NCBI GenBank assembly: GCA_965203855.1 | Contig: CBDBDN010000005.1 | Span: forward strand, 65,804-129,803 | Source of the DNA: Dehalococcoidia bacterium | Lineage (GTDB): Bacteria; Chloroflexota; Dehalococcoidia; Lucifugimonadales; UBA3495 | Length of the DNA: 64,000 nt | Reading direction: 5' to 3' | Shown: one piece after another, positions 29,143 through 37,418 of the stretch | Numbering within the stretch: the stretch's first letter is position 1 | Layout: each line of letters opens with the position of its first letter | Program-made: the position numbers and the translations under genes | Notes under the pieces: generated by a model | Seen by the model: the letters and a program-made list of their open reading frames with translations, nothing else | Databases searched by the model: none | What the model was told of the DNA's origin: nothing

Positions 29143-30966
29143 ATGTCAGCGCTGAATGTCGCCAACCGCACCCTGGCGATTATGGACAATCTGCGGTTCC
29201 TGCGCCATCTCAACAACGAATGCGTTGACCTGATTGCCATCGACCCCCCCTTCGCCGCCAACGAAACCTTTACCGGCCGTCCCCGCCCGCCCGTCAGCGA
29301 CGCCGAATATGCCGAGGAACTGGCGTTGGCGCAATCCCACGGCGCCCGGCACAACGAGGGCCGCGGCGAAACCCGCGTCCGCGACATCTGGAACTGGGAT
29401 GCCGATACCCACCCGGATTGGAAAATGGCCATTGAGGACGACTACCCCGCCATCCACGCCGTCATTGCAGCCGTTGAAGCCTGCGCTACCGAAAACGAAG
29501 CCGCCTACATCGCTTTTATGGCCGCCCGACTGCTGGAATGCCACCGCGTCCTCAAGCCCGCCGGCAGCCTCTACCTGCACTGCGACGACCACGCCAACGG
29601 CTACCTCCGTATGCTGATGGACGCCATCTTCGGCGCCGGCAACTTCCGCAACGAAGTCGCATGGCGACGCAGCGGCGGCCGCTCCGACTCCCAGAAATGG
29701 GGCCGCACCCACGACCGCTTGCTGTATTACGGCAAAAGCGAATCGTCTGTTTGGAACCAGCAATATCAGCCCCACAACCCGGAATATGTTCGCCGCAACT
29801 ATCGGTACGACGACAACGACGGGCGCGGGGCTTATCGCAAGCTGCCCCTGCACGCCGCCGGCGCCAGCGGCGGCGATTCCGGCTCCCCTTGGCGCAACTA
29901 CGACCCCAACTCCCACAACCGCCACTGGTCAACCCCCATCCGCGGCGTGATGCACCAGTACATCATTGACCACAATATAATCCCCGGCTGGCCCAGCCAA
30001 TACCCCACGACTCACCACAAATTGGATGCCTTGGACCAGCACGGCCTTTTGGTTCATTCCGACAACTACCTGCCCGACCTTAAAACCTACCTCGCCGCTA
30101 CCAAAGGTATCGCCGCTACGGACTTCATCACCGATATTCCCATGGCGTCCGGCCGCGAGAGAACCGGCTACGCCACCCAAAAGCCCCTGGAACTCTACGA
30201 GCGCATCATCGCCGCCAGCTCCAACCCCGGCGACATCGTGCTGGATGTATTCGCCGGCTGCGCTACCACCGCCGTCGCCGCCGAGCGCCTGGGCCGCCAG
30301 TGGGTAGCCTGCGATATGGCCTACCGCGCCTGGACGATGCTCAAACGCCGTTTCTATCTCAACGGCTTTATGCTTACGGATATGACCGATGCCACCAAAG
30401 ACGCCTTGGCGTCCGTCAGCAAAGGCCGGGGCTTCCAGGAACCCCAGCAGTGGACCGCCAGCCGCACCATCGGCCCCAATGAACTGCCAACCCGGACCGA
30501 TACCGACCCGGCGCCGCATCACCAGCTGCCGGCCGCACAACGCCCCGGCCGGCAGAGTACGCAGTCCGCATCCTGGTCCGGCCGCATCCCCAAAGAGGAC
30601 GCCAAGCAGCTGCTCATCAATCGCTTCGGCCCGGTATGCTGGGGCTGCGGCTACGAACCCCGCCGCCCCAACGGCAGCCTGGACGAAACCCTGCTGGAAG
30701 TTGACCACATCCGCGCCCGCCGCGCCGCCGCAGGTACGCCCGGCAACGACGAACTCTACAACCTGGCCCTCCTGCACCGCACCTGCAACGGCATCAAGCG
30801 CAACCGTCTCACCCTAGAGGAACTCCGCAGCCACAACGCCATGCACGGCCTCCTCTATGTCAACAGCCTTGCCGACCTGGTCGACCTATACGAAGCCACC
30901 CAGTTTGCCGCCGAGCAAATCGCCATACACACCGCCGCCCACGGCCTCCAACCCGGCATCACCTAA
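29143..30966 (+). CDS. beta-class N6A/N4C DNA methyltransferase fused to a C-terminal HNH nuclease domain
   Basis: Motif IV DPPF at 29242-29253 and LYLHCDDHANGYLRMLMDAIFG. Motif I VLDVFAGCATTAVAAERLGRQWVACD at about 30238-30315 (order IV then I indicates beta class). HNH: CWGC...EVDHIRAR...NLALLHRTCNGIKRN at about 30637-30810. Confidence 0.85.
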   Translation: MSALNVANRTLAIMDNLRFLRHLNNECVDLIAIDPPFAANETFTGRPRPPVSDAEYAEELALAQSHGARHNEGRGETRVRDIWNWDADTHPDWKMAIEDDYPAIHAVIAAVEACATENEAAYIAFMAARLLECHRVLKPAGSLYLHCDDHANGYLRMLMDAIFGAGNFRNEVAWRRSGGRSDSQKWGRTHDRLLYYGKSESSVWNQQYQPHNPEYVRRNYRYDDNDGRGAYRKLPLHAAGASGGDSGSPWRNYDPNSHNRHWSTPIRGVMHQYIIDHNIIPGWPSQYPTTHHKLDALDQHGLLVHSDNYLPDLKTYLAATKGIAATDFITDIPMASGRERTGYATQKPLELYERIIAASSNPGDIVLDVFAGCATTAVAAERLGRQWVACDMAYRAWTMLKRRFYLNGFMLTDMTDATKDALASVSKGRGFQEPQQWTASRTIGPNELPTRTDTDPAPHHQLPAAQRPGRQSTQSASWSGRIPKEDAKQLLINRFGPVCWGCGYEPRRPNGSLDETLLEVDHIRARRAAAGTPGNDELYNLALLHRTCNGIKRNRLTLEELRSHNAMHGLLYVNSLADLVDLYEATQFAAEQIAIHTAAHGLQPGIT

Positions 30967-31042
30967 CCCCCGGCCAAATACCGCCCTCATTCCCAACATA
31001 TACCGTCACCCCGCCCGACCTACCGTCATCCCGCCCCCCACC

Positions 31043-31280
31043 CGTCATTCCGGCGCAAGCCGGAATCCAACCCTCAAAACCACAACCATCATTCTCCCAC
31101 TACCACCGTCACGCCGTCCGCCCTACCGCCATCCCGCCTCCCAACCGTCATTCCTAGCCACCCCCAACCAGCATTCCCGCACCCCCACCCGTCATTCCGG
31201 CGCAAGCCGGAATCTATGGCTGCCAGTTCAATTACCGTCGTAGCGGATTACAACGCTGGATCCCGGCGCAAGCCGGAACG
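31043..31280 (+). repeat. REP-like cluster (two full hairpins, one degenerate, many half-sites)
   Basis: Full copies at 31043-31068 and 31190-31214, plus a degenerate cccggc-gcaa-gccgg at 31262-31278. ACCGTCA(T/C)(T/C)CC half-sites recur every 15-25 bp from 30997. Confidence 0.85.
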
Positions 31281-31327
31281 ACGGCAGTAGCGCGCCCGCC
31301 GCGCGCATAAAACCCCCACCCCCACCG

Positions 31328-32761
31328 TCAGCCCTCACCCGGCACATTCCGATGCCCCCACAGCGGATGCCGGAAAGTAGGCGCCAGCGCCGGGTTCAGC
31401 TGCCGCCGCCGTTCCGCCGTACCGCCGTCAACCGCCGCCGCAACATCCGGTTCGGCAGCCCCCGCCATCCCCGGACGCCGCGCCGTAGCCCGATGCGCCG
31501 GCCCCCGGGCATTCAGCCGATTCAGCTGCCGCGCCAGCTCTTGCAAGCTGTGCAAGTTATGCGCCGGCAGAAAGTCATCAACATACGGCAGCGCCGCCTG
31601 CATCCCCCGCGTCAGCGGCTGGTAATCCGCCGAACCCAGCAGCGGATTCAGCCAAATCAAACGGTGGCAGCTGCGTTGCAGCCGCGCCATCTCTTTGGAC
31701 AGCAGCTCCGGCTCCCCCCGATCCCAGCCGTCGGAAATTATCAATGCCACGGCGCCGCTTCGCAGCGTCCGCCGCGCCCAGCCGTAATTGAACGCCTTTA
31801 TCGCCTCTCCAATCCGCGTGCCGCCCGCCCAGTCCGGCACAACCCGCGCCACTTCCGACACCGCCCGGTCAACCCCCCGATGCTCCAAATGCCGCGTGAT
31901 GCGCGTCAGCCGGGTCGCAAACAAAAACGCCTCCACCGGCTGCCCGCTGCCCGCTACGGTATGGACGAAATGCAGCAGCATCCGCGTGTACCGTTCCATC
32001 GACCCGCTGACATCGCAGATTAGAACCAGCGGACGCGGACGGGCTTTACGCCGGCGATGCGCCAGTTCCAGCATTTCGCCGCCATAGGACAGGCTGCGGC
32101 GCATACTCCGCCGCAAGTCAATCGCACCGCCGGCCCGGTTGTCCCAGGCCAAACGACGAGTGCGCCGCCGCCCCAAATCCCACTCCAGCTCCGCCATCAT
32201 TTCCTGCGCCGCCGCCATTTCCGACAGCGTATATTCGGCAAAATCCCGCTGCCGCAGCGCTTCCCGCGCGCTGAAAGACCGCTGCAAGTCAACCACCGGC
32301 TGCCTTTCCCCGGCGTCATCCGGCGGCAAATCATCGCCCGGCGGCCCGTCCGCCGTATCCTCCCGATGCGGCATTATGCGGGGCGTGCGGTAGCGCCGTT
32401 CCTCTCCCATTGAGCGCAAATCCCGCATACTGCGCCCGTGCGCCGGCCGCCGCCAGAACACCTGAAACGCCTCGTCAAACCGCGCCAGGTCGCTTTGACG
32501 ATGCACCAGCAAAGCCCGCGCCGCCAGCCGAAAATCGTTCCGGCTCCCCCCGATGGGGATATACTCGGCAGCCCGCACCAAGTCCAGCATATTCGCCGTG
32601 CCAAAATCCAGACCTAGCCGCCGCAGCGTCTCCCCAAAAATCAGCAGGTTAGCCAGAATAGCCCCATCGCCAACATCAGCCGGCGCCGTATGCATATTAA
32701 CCGGCTGCGAGCTCCCCGGATGCAAATTGCCCGGCTGCGAATCGATATATGCGGCAGTCAT
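31328..32761 (-). CDS. VWA-domain protein, CoxE-like
   Basis: N-terminal LANLLIFGETLRRLGLDFG...FDEAFQVFW block and a VWA MIDAS motif (LICDVSGSM), 477 aa. Confidence 0.8.
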   Translation of the reverse strand: MTAAYIDSQPGNLHPGSSQPVNMHTAPADVGDGAILANLLIFGETLRRLGLDFGTANMLDLVRAAEYIPIGGSRNDFRLAARALLVHRQSDLARFDEAFQVFWRRPAHGRSMRDLRSMGEERRYRTPRIMPHREDTADGPPGDDLPPDDAGERQPVVDLQRSFSAREALRQRDFAEYTLSEMAAAQEMMAELEWDLGRRRTRRLAWDNRAGGAIDLRRSMRRSLSYGGEMLELAHRRRKARPRPLVLICDVSGSMERYTRMLLHFVHTVAGSGQPVEAFLFATRLTRITRHLEHRGVDRAVSEVARVVPDWAGGTRIGEAIKAFNYGWARRTLRSGAVALIISDGWDRGEPELLSKEMARLQRSCHRLIWLNPLLGSADYQPLTRGMQAALPYVDDFLPAHNLHSLQELARQLNRLNARGPAHRATARRPGMAGAAEPDVAAAVDGGTAERRRQLNPALAPTFRHPLWGHRNVPGEG

Positions 32762-32787
32762 ATCGGTTACCGCAATGCAACGCCCCG

Positions 32788-33114
32788 CTACGATACCGCA
32801 ACGGCGTCGGCAACTATGGCGGCATCCGCAGCGTCGGGCGCGGCGGCGGCAATGCTCTCCGACCTCCCCAACGGCCGGCCGTCATACCGACTGGCGCCGT
32901 AGCTGATTTCCACCGGATGCAGCACTTCGTACTCGCCCCAGAAATAGCGTCCGTGCGTCTGCTTCAGCGTTTCCACCGATAGCGCGGAAATCACCACATA
33001 CTCCATCCGACCGGCAAAAACGAGCGGCATCGGCAGCCCGGCGCAATGCCGCAGAATGTACGATATGGGAATGCCGCTGTCAATAGACGCCGGCCATACT
33101 GAATTCCAGCCCAT
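32788..33114 (-). CDS. possible small hypothetical protein (start uncertain)
   Basis: This is the 3' third of the 285-aa track ORF (MGWNSVW...MEYVVISALSVETLKQTHGRYFWGEYEVLHPVEI...). It ends 27 nt before the VWA gene start. The upstream two thirds cross a REP and are antisense to another gene, so they are discarded. Confidence 0.3.
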   Translation of the reverse strand: MGWNSVWPASIDSGIPISYILRHCAGLPMPLVFAGRMEYVVISALSVETLKQTHGRYFWGEYEVLHPVEISYGASRYDGRPLGRSESIAAAAPDAADAAIVADAVAVS

Positions 33115-33130
33115 CTTATAGTACGATTTG

Positions 33131-33180
33131 CCGTCATTCCGGCTTAAGCCGAAATGACGGTTGCAGGGTTCGGAATGACG
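33131..33180. repeat. REP-like variant: 30-bp near-perfect palindrome plus inverted half-site
   Basis: ccgtcattccggctt/aagccgaaatgacgg (one mismatch) at 33131-33160, and ttcggaatgacg at 33169-33180. Confidence 0.75.
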
Positions 33181-33312
33181 AAAGAAAATCAAACCGCCTA
33201 ATCGGAGACGCGGCCCTGTTGTATAACGGGCGTTGACATCATGGGGGCGGGGGTTACAATCGTTATCCCCACTCCAAACGGTAAAATTGAAATGAATTAT
33301 GGAGGCGCAACG

Positions 33313-33633
33313 ATGATCAAGGGCGAATTGGGGCCGGAGCCGATCCGCTATTACACCGAGCCGGTGCCGGCGAATCTGAAGTACCTGGAAATGCACAAGG
33401 ATCCCTTTCCGACGCCGGAGGAAGCGCAGGTCTGGTTCCAGCTGGGCGACCGGCGCAAAACCGCATTTGTGCCGCTGCGGATTGTGAACGAGGCCAATGG
33501 CACCGTAACCGCATCGCTGCTTGGCGAACGCGCCGGCAAGATCCTGGTGTCGTTCCCGCCGACCAACTTCGGGCAAACCGGGTTTGCCGCTTTGGAATCG
33601 GAACTCGAGGCAATTGTGCTGGAAACCCCTTAA
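33313..33633 (+). CDS. hypothetical protein, 106 aa
   Basis: GGAGG lies 7 nt upstream of ATG 33313 (the track ORF starts at 33241). It ends 10 nt before the dcd-like gene. No family recognised. Confidence 0.45.
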   Translation: MIKGELGPEPIRYYTEPVPANLKYLEMHKDPFPTPEEAQVWFQLGDRRKTAFVPLRIVNEANGTVTASLLGERAGKILVSFPPTNFGQTGFAALESELEAIVLETP

Positions 33634-33643
33634 TGCGGAGGGC

Positions 33644-34209
33644 ATGATGGTACTGTCAAACGTTGAGATTCAAGCGGAAATTGCCCAAAAGCGGCTGGTA
33701 TTTGACCCGCCGATTACCAATCCGGGTGACCGCATTGACAGCTCTACGGTGGACTTGCTGTTGCACCAGGATCTCATCCTGCTGCCGCCCCGTCCGTTGC
33801 CCGGCGTTACCATCGTGCCCAGCGATGATGAAGTCCAGGTGATGCAGCTTTTGAGCAACAACGGCGAGCATCGGTCAATCGGCGAGCATCCTTATCGGAT
33901 GGAACCGCACCGGTTAGTCATCGGCAAAACCCTGGAGAAAGTGACTTTGCCTAACCATTTGGCGGCATGGGCTGATGTAACGATTGCATTGATGGCAAAA
34001 GCTCACTGGCCCGGTTTGGACTCGCCGTCCATATCACGGCGCCAACGGTGCTGGCCGGGTTTGAGGGGCGGCTTTTTCTGGAAATGTACAATGTGGGGCC
34101 ATTCCATATTGAACTGGCGGCGGGGATGAAAATTGCACAACTGACGCTGGAACACGTGGGATTGCCGCCCTCGCGGGAATACCGGGGGCAATTCGCGGGG
34201 CAGGCGTAG
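33644..34209 (+). pseudogene. dcd: dCTP deaminase-family (dUTPase-fold) gene interrupted by a 17-nt insertion
   Basis: The N-terminal frame reads MMVLSNVEIQAEIAQKRLVFDPP...VTLPNHLAAWAD. After removing nt 33977-33993 the reading continues GKSSLARFGLAVHITAPTVLAGFEGRLFLEMYNVGPFHIELAAGMKIAQLTLEHV...YRGQFAGQA to stop 34207-34209, as in canonical Dcd. Confidence 0.8.
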
Positions 34210-34240
34210 CCGGCGTTCCGGCAAAGGATGGGCTTTAATT

Positions 34241-35800
34241 ATGGTTGACTTGCTGTTCACTAACGGAACCGTCATTGACGGAACGGGCGCCCCCGGCTAC
34301 CGCGCCAGCGTCGCCGTCGCCGGCGATACCCTGCAAATTATCCCCGGCGACCCGTCGGCGGTTGACGCCGGACGCATCGTTGACGCCAGCGACTATGTCA
34401 TCTGCCCCGGCTTCATCGATATGCACTCTCACTCCGACTTGAAACTGCTTACCGATCCGGCGCACGAAGCCAAAATCCGGCAGGGCGTAACTACCGAAGC
34501 GTTGGGAATGGACGGCTTGTCCTACGCCCCGACTACTCCGCGCGGCCTGGAGCAGCTGCTGGTCTATCTGGCCGCCGTCAACGGAACGCCGCCGGATGTA
34601 CGCTGGAGCAGCGTCGCCGACTTTCTGGCCCTTTTTGACGGCAACGCCGCCTGCAATGTTGTGCACTTCGTCCCGCACGCCGCCATCCGCGTGGCCGCAA
34701 TGGGCTGGTCGTCCCGCCTGCCTACCGATGCCGAGCTGGCGCAGATGCAGGAGCTGACCCGGCAGGGGATGCGCGACGGCGCTTTCGGCTTTACTACCGG
34801 CCTCACATACGCCCCCGGCGCTTACAGCGACACTGCCGAACTGGCCGCCATCGCCGCCGCCGCCGCTGCTGAGGGCGGGATCTACTGCACCCATTCCCGC
34901 TACACGCTGGGCGACCGCTTGCTGGATCCGTTCCGGGAGGCATTGGAAATCGGCCGGCGTTCCGGCGCGCCTGTGCATATCTCGCATTTCCATAGCCCCG
35001 TAGCCGGGCTCGGCGCGCAAATGACCGCCCTGGTGGACGATGCCCTCAACCGGGGACAGGATGTAACCTATGACCAGTATCCCTACCCGGCGGCCAGCAC
35101 TATCCTGCATTCGCTGCTGCCCTATTGGGCGCACGCCGGCGGCCCGCAGGCGCTGCTATCCCGTCTCGCCGACACCAAAGTGCGCGACCTGATGGTGCGC
35201 GCCGTAGAGCCGCAGTGGGGCGGCCAGACGCTGGACAACTACATTTTCGCGCACATCGCATCCGACAAAAACCGGGAGTGGGAAGGGCGCTCGCTGGAGG
35301 AACTGGCGCAGCATCGGGGCGGACGGATGGTTGACGCCGTATGCGACTTGCTGCTGGAGGAGAATCTCCAGGTCGCTTTCGTCGCCCGCACCGGCAACCT
35401 GGAAAACATCCGCGAAATTGCGTCGCATCCCGCCCAGATGATTGGCACCGACGCCATCCTGACCGGCGGACGGCCCAACCCGCGCACCTATGGCACCTAT
35501 CCGTATGTGCTGGCGCAGTTCGTGCGCGGCGAGGGCCTGTTCTCACTAGAGGAAGCCGTCCGCAAGATGACTGGCGCGCCGGCGCAGCGGCTGGGCCTGA
35601 CCGACCGGGGCGTCATCCGCAACGGCGCCAAAGCCGACTTGGCGCTGTTCAACCCCCGCCAGGTGGACACTCCGGCAACCTTTGACGACCCCACGCAGTA
35701 CCCGGTAGGCATTGACTATGTGCTGGTCAACGGAACGCCGGTAATTGACAACGGCCGGCACACGGGCGCGCTGCCGGGCCGGGCGCTGCGAAGCCGGTAG
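34241..35800 (+). CDS. N-acyl-D-amino-acid deacylase (D-aminoacylase) family amidohydrolase
   Basis: LLFTNGTVIDGTG...VICPGFIDMHSHSDL, 519 aa. Confidence 0.85.
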   Translation: MVDLLFTNGTVIDGTGAPGYRASVAVAGDTLQIIPGDPSAVDAGRIVDASDYVICPGFIDMHSHSDLKLLTDPAHEAKIRQGVTTEALGMDGLSYAPTTPRGLEQLLVYLAAVNGTPPDVRWSSVADFLALFDGNAACNVVHFVPHAAIRVAAMGWSSRLPTDAELAQMQELTRQGMRDGAFGFTTGLTYAPGAYSDTAELAAIAAAAAAEGGIYCTHSRYTLGDRLLDPFREALEIGRRSGAPVHISHFHSPVAGLGAQMTALVDDALNRGQDVTYDQYPYPAASTILHSLLPYWAHAGGPQALLSRLADTKVRDLMVRAVEPQWGGQTLDNYIFAHIASDKNREWEGRSLEELAQHRGGRMVDAVCDLLLEENLQVAFVARTGNLENIREIASHPAQMIGTDAILTGGRPNPRTYGTYPYVLAQFVRGEGLFSLEEAVRKMTGAPAQRLGLTDRGVIRNGAKADLALFNPRQVDTPATFDDPTQYPVGIDYVLVNGTPVIDNGRHTGALPGRALRSR

Positions 35801-35826
35801 CGCAGTCCAATTTAGCCGTTGGCCGG

Positions 35827-36252
35827 TTACAGCGGGTTGCGCCAACGCAAGCCGGGAAAGCGTCCGAAATCGGCATCTCCGGTATGCGCCTCTGCCGCGT
35901 ATTCCATCGCCAACGCCGCAATATGGGCATCGGGAACCAGGTTGCCGCCGGCCCCGACCGCATCAAGGTTTTGCCGGAGCAATGCCAGATGCGCCGGCCC
36001 CGGATTGATTAGTACAATATGCTCGCAAGCCAGCCAGTCCTGAACATAGCCAACGGCCTGCGCTGGCGTCGCGGGCGGCGTTACCACTCTGGGATTGGTT
36101 ATCAACCGGATGAACCCAACAATGACCAGCCAAGGCAGGCCAACGGTTTCCGTTCCGTTAACGAGACTTTCCCACCAGGTTTGGGCGGCTTTATGGTGTG
36201 GCGAATTGTTGTCATGAGCGAACACCAGCAGGTTGACGTCCGGCACAATCAT
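35827..36252 (-). CDS. vapC: PIN-domain ribonuclease, VapC-like toxin
   Basis: MIVPDVNLLVFA, a conserved D in PDAHIAALA, and TGDADF near the C-terminus, 141 aa. Confidence 0.85.
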   Translation of the reverse strand: MIVPDVNLLVFAHDNNSPHHKAAQTWWESLVNGTETVGLPWLVIVGFIRLITNPRVVTPPATPAQAVGYVQDWLACEHIVLINPGPAHLALLRQNLDAVGAGGNLVPDAHIAALAMEYAAEAHTGDADFGRFPGLRWRNPL

Positions 36253-37307
36253 TGCGATTTTTCCGGTTCCGTTGGCCCAGACCTAGCCAGCTTTGCCAGC
36301 AATTCCTCCTCCTCAAGCTGTGCGTTGAGGTGATTGAGGTTCATCTCTGCCACTCCCGGCGCGAATTTGCCGTTGTGCGGAATTACCCGGAACGGGGGTT
36401 TATCGGGCTGAGCTTCGGGTTCCGGCAAAATGTGCGCGTGGATTTCTGGATACGAATGCCAAATGCGCCGCTTGGGTTCGGCGGCAAAAGCGTAGCAGGC
36501 CAGAATGTCCTCATGCGTCAGTTCCGGGAAATCGGCCAGTACCTCCGCCTCGGTCATTCCCCCGGCCAGGTACGCCAGCACATCGTACACCGTGATATGC
36601 ATACCCCGGATGCAGGGCTGTCCGTTGCGCTTGCCCAGTTCAATGGTGATGGTTTTCTGGTAGTTCGCCGACAAGCGGTTTAGCAGCTGCTCAGGAACTT
36701 GGGGCGGGATGCGATTACGACGCGCTTCCTGCCGCTGCTTGCTGCGTTCATCAGCGTATTCCCTTTCCATATTGAGAAAGAGCTTCCACGCCGCGGTGGC
36801 ATAGGCCATCCATGCGACCTTATACTCCCGCTCCACGACAGCAACATCGAGACTGATATTCTCGTAGTAAAGCCACTCGACAAATTCATCGCTTTGGTTC
36901 CTACCCCATCCGGGGTATTCGTCAAGCCTGTCATCAAAACTCTTTACATCAGGGATACGCGGAGGTGTTGGAGCATCGTCAGGACGGCCCTGGCGCCGGA
37001 GGTGTTTTTGGCGTTTGAGTAAATCCTGCCAGTCATCCCACGTCGCCGCCTGTACCCAAGCCGCCGCATCCTCGTACCCCAGCTGCTCCCAATCCATTTC
37101 GATAACCGCCCGGAATTCCTTTTCCTGTTCCCAAACGCGGGCCATCGCCTGTTGTACCGACGGGTTGTCAAGGTTGGCCCGCATCCGCTCGTGGCTGGAC
37201 GCCTTGGCGGCCAGCGCCTCGCGGCAAACCTGCGATATGTTCAGTTCCGGCTTGAGCGGTTCCAGCCGCTTGTGCAGTTCGTTGGGGATGTTGATGCCGA
37301 TACGCAT
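36249..37307 (-). CDS. multidomain antitoxin-like protein: N-terminal RHH-like segment, central unknown region, DUF433 domain, C-terminal tail
   Basis: 4-bp overlap with the vapC start. The N-terminus MRIGINIPNELHKRLE is beta-strand plus helix of RHH type. The DUF433-like block is GKRNGQPCIRGMHITVYDVLAYLAGGMTEAEVLADFPELTHEDILACYAFAA. Confidence 0.7.
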   Translation of the reverse strand: MRIGINIPNELHKRLEPLKPELNISQVCREALAAKASSHERMRANLDNPSVQQAMARVWEQEKEFRAVIEMDWEQLGYEDAAAWVQAATWDDWQDLLKRQKHLRRQGRPDDAPTPPRIPDVKSFDDRLDEYPGWGRNQSDEFVEWLYYENISLDVAVVEREYKVAWMAYATAAWKLFLNMEREYADERSKQRQEARRNRIPPQVPEQLLNRLSANYQKTITIELGKRNGQPCIRGMHITVYDVLAYLAGGMTEAEVLADFPELTHEDILACYAFAAEPKRRIWHSYPEIHAHILPEPEAQPDKPPFRVIPHNGKFAPGVAEMNLNHLNAQLEEEELLAKLARSGPTEPEKSQ

Positions 37308-37326
37308 TTGGAGCCTCCATAGAACG

Positions 37327-37379
37327 GCGTATGCCGTATGCTTGCATTAAGCATACGGCATACGCTTGGCGGATGTCAA
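37327..37379 (-). promoter_or_regulatory. promoter with overlapping 17-bp perfect inverted repeat (putative operator) of the RHH-DUF433/vapC operon
   Basis: IR arms at 37327-37343 and 37349-37365 (gcgtatgccgtatgctt / aagcatacggcatacgc), loop gcatt. On the minus strand: TTGACA (37374-37379), an 18-nt spacer, then TATGCT (37350-37355) inside the right arm. GGAGG lies 7 nt before ATG 37307. Confidence 0.55.
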
Positions 37380-37418
37380 GGTGGCCCTTGATGAAAGCCG
37401 GAATGACGCTAAATGCGC

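Noticed and set aside
32788-33645. Full-length 285-aa minus-strand ORF.
   Set aside because: Its 5' two thirds are antisense to the RBS-supported gene 33313..33633 and read through the REP palindrome at 33131-33180. Only the 3' third was kept, as a low-confidence small ORF.
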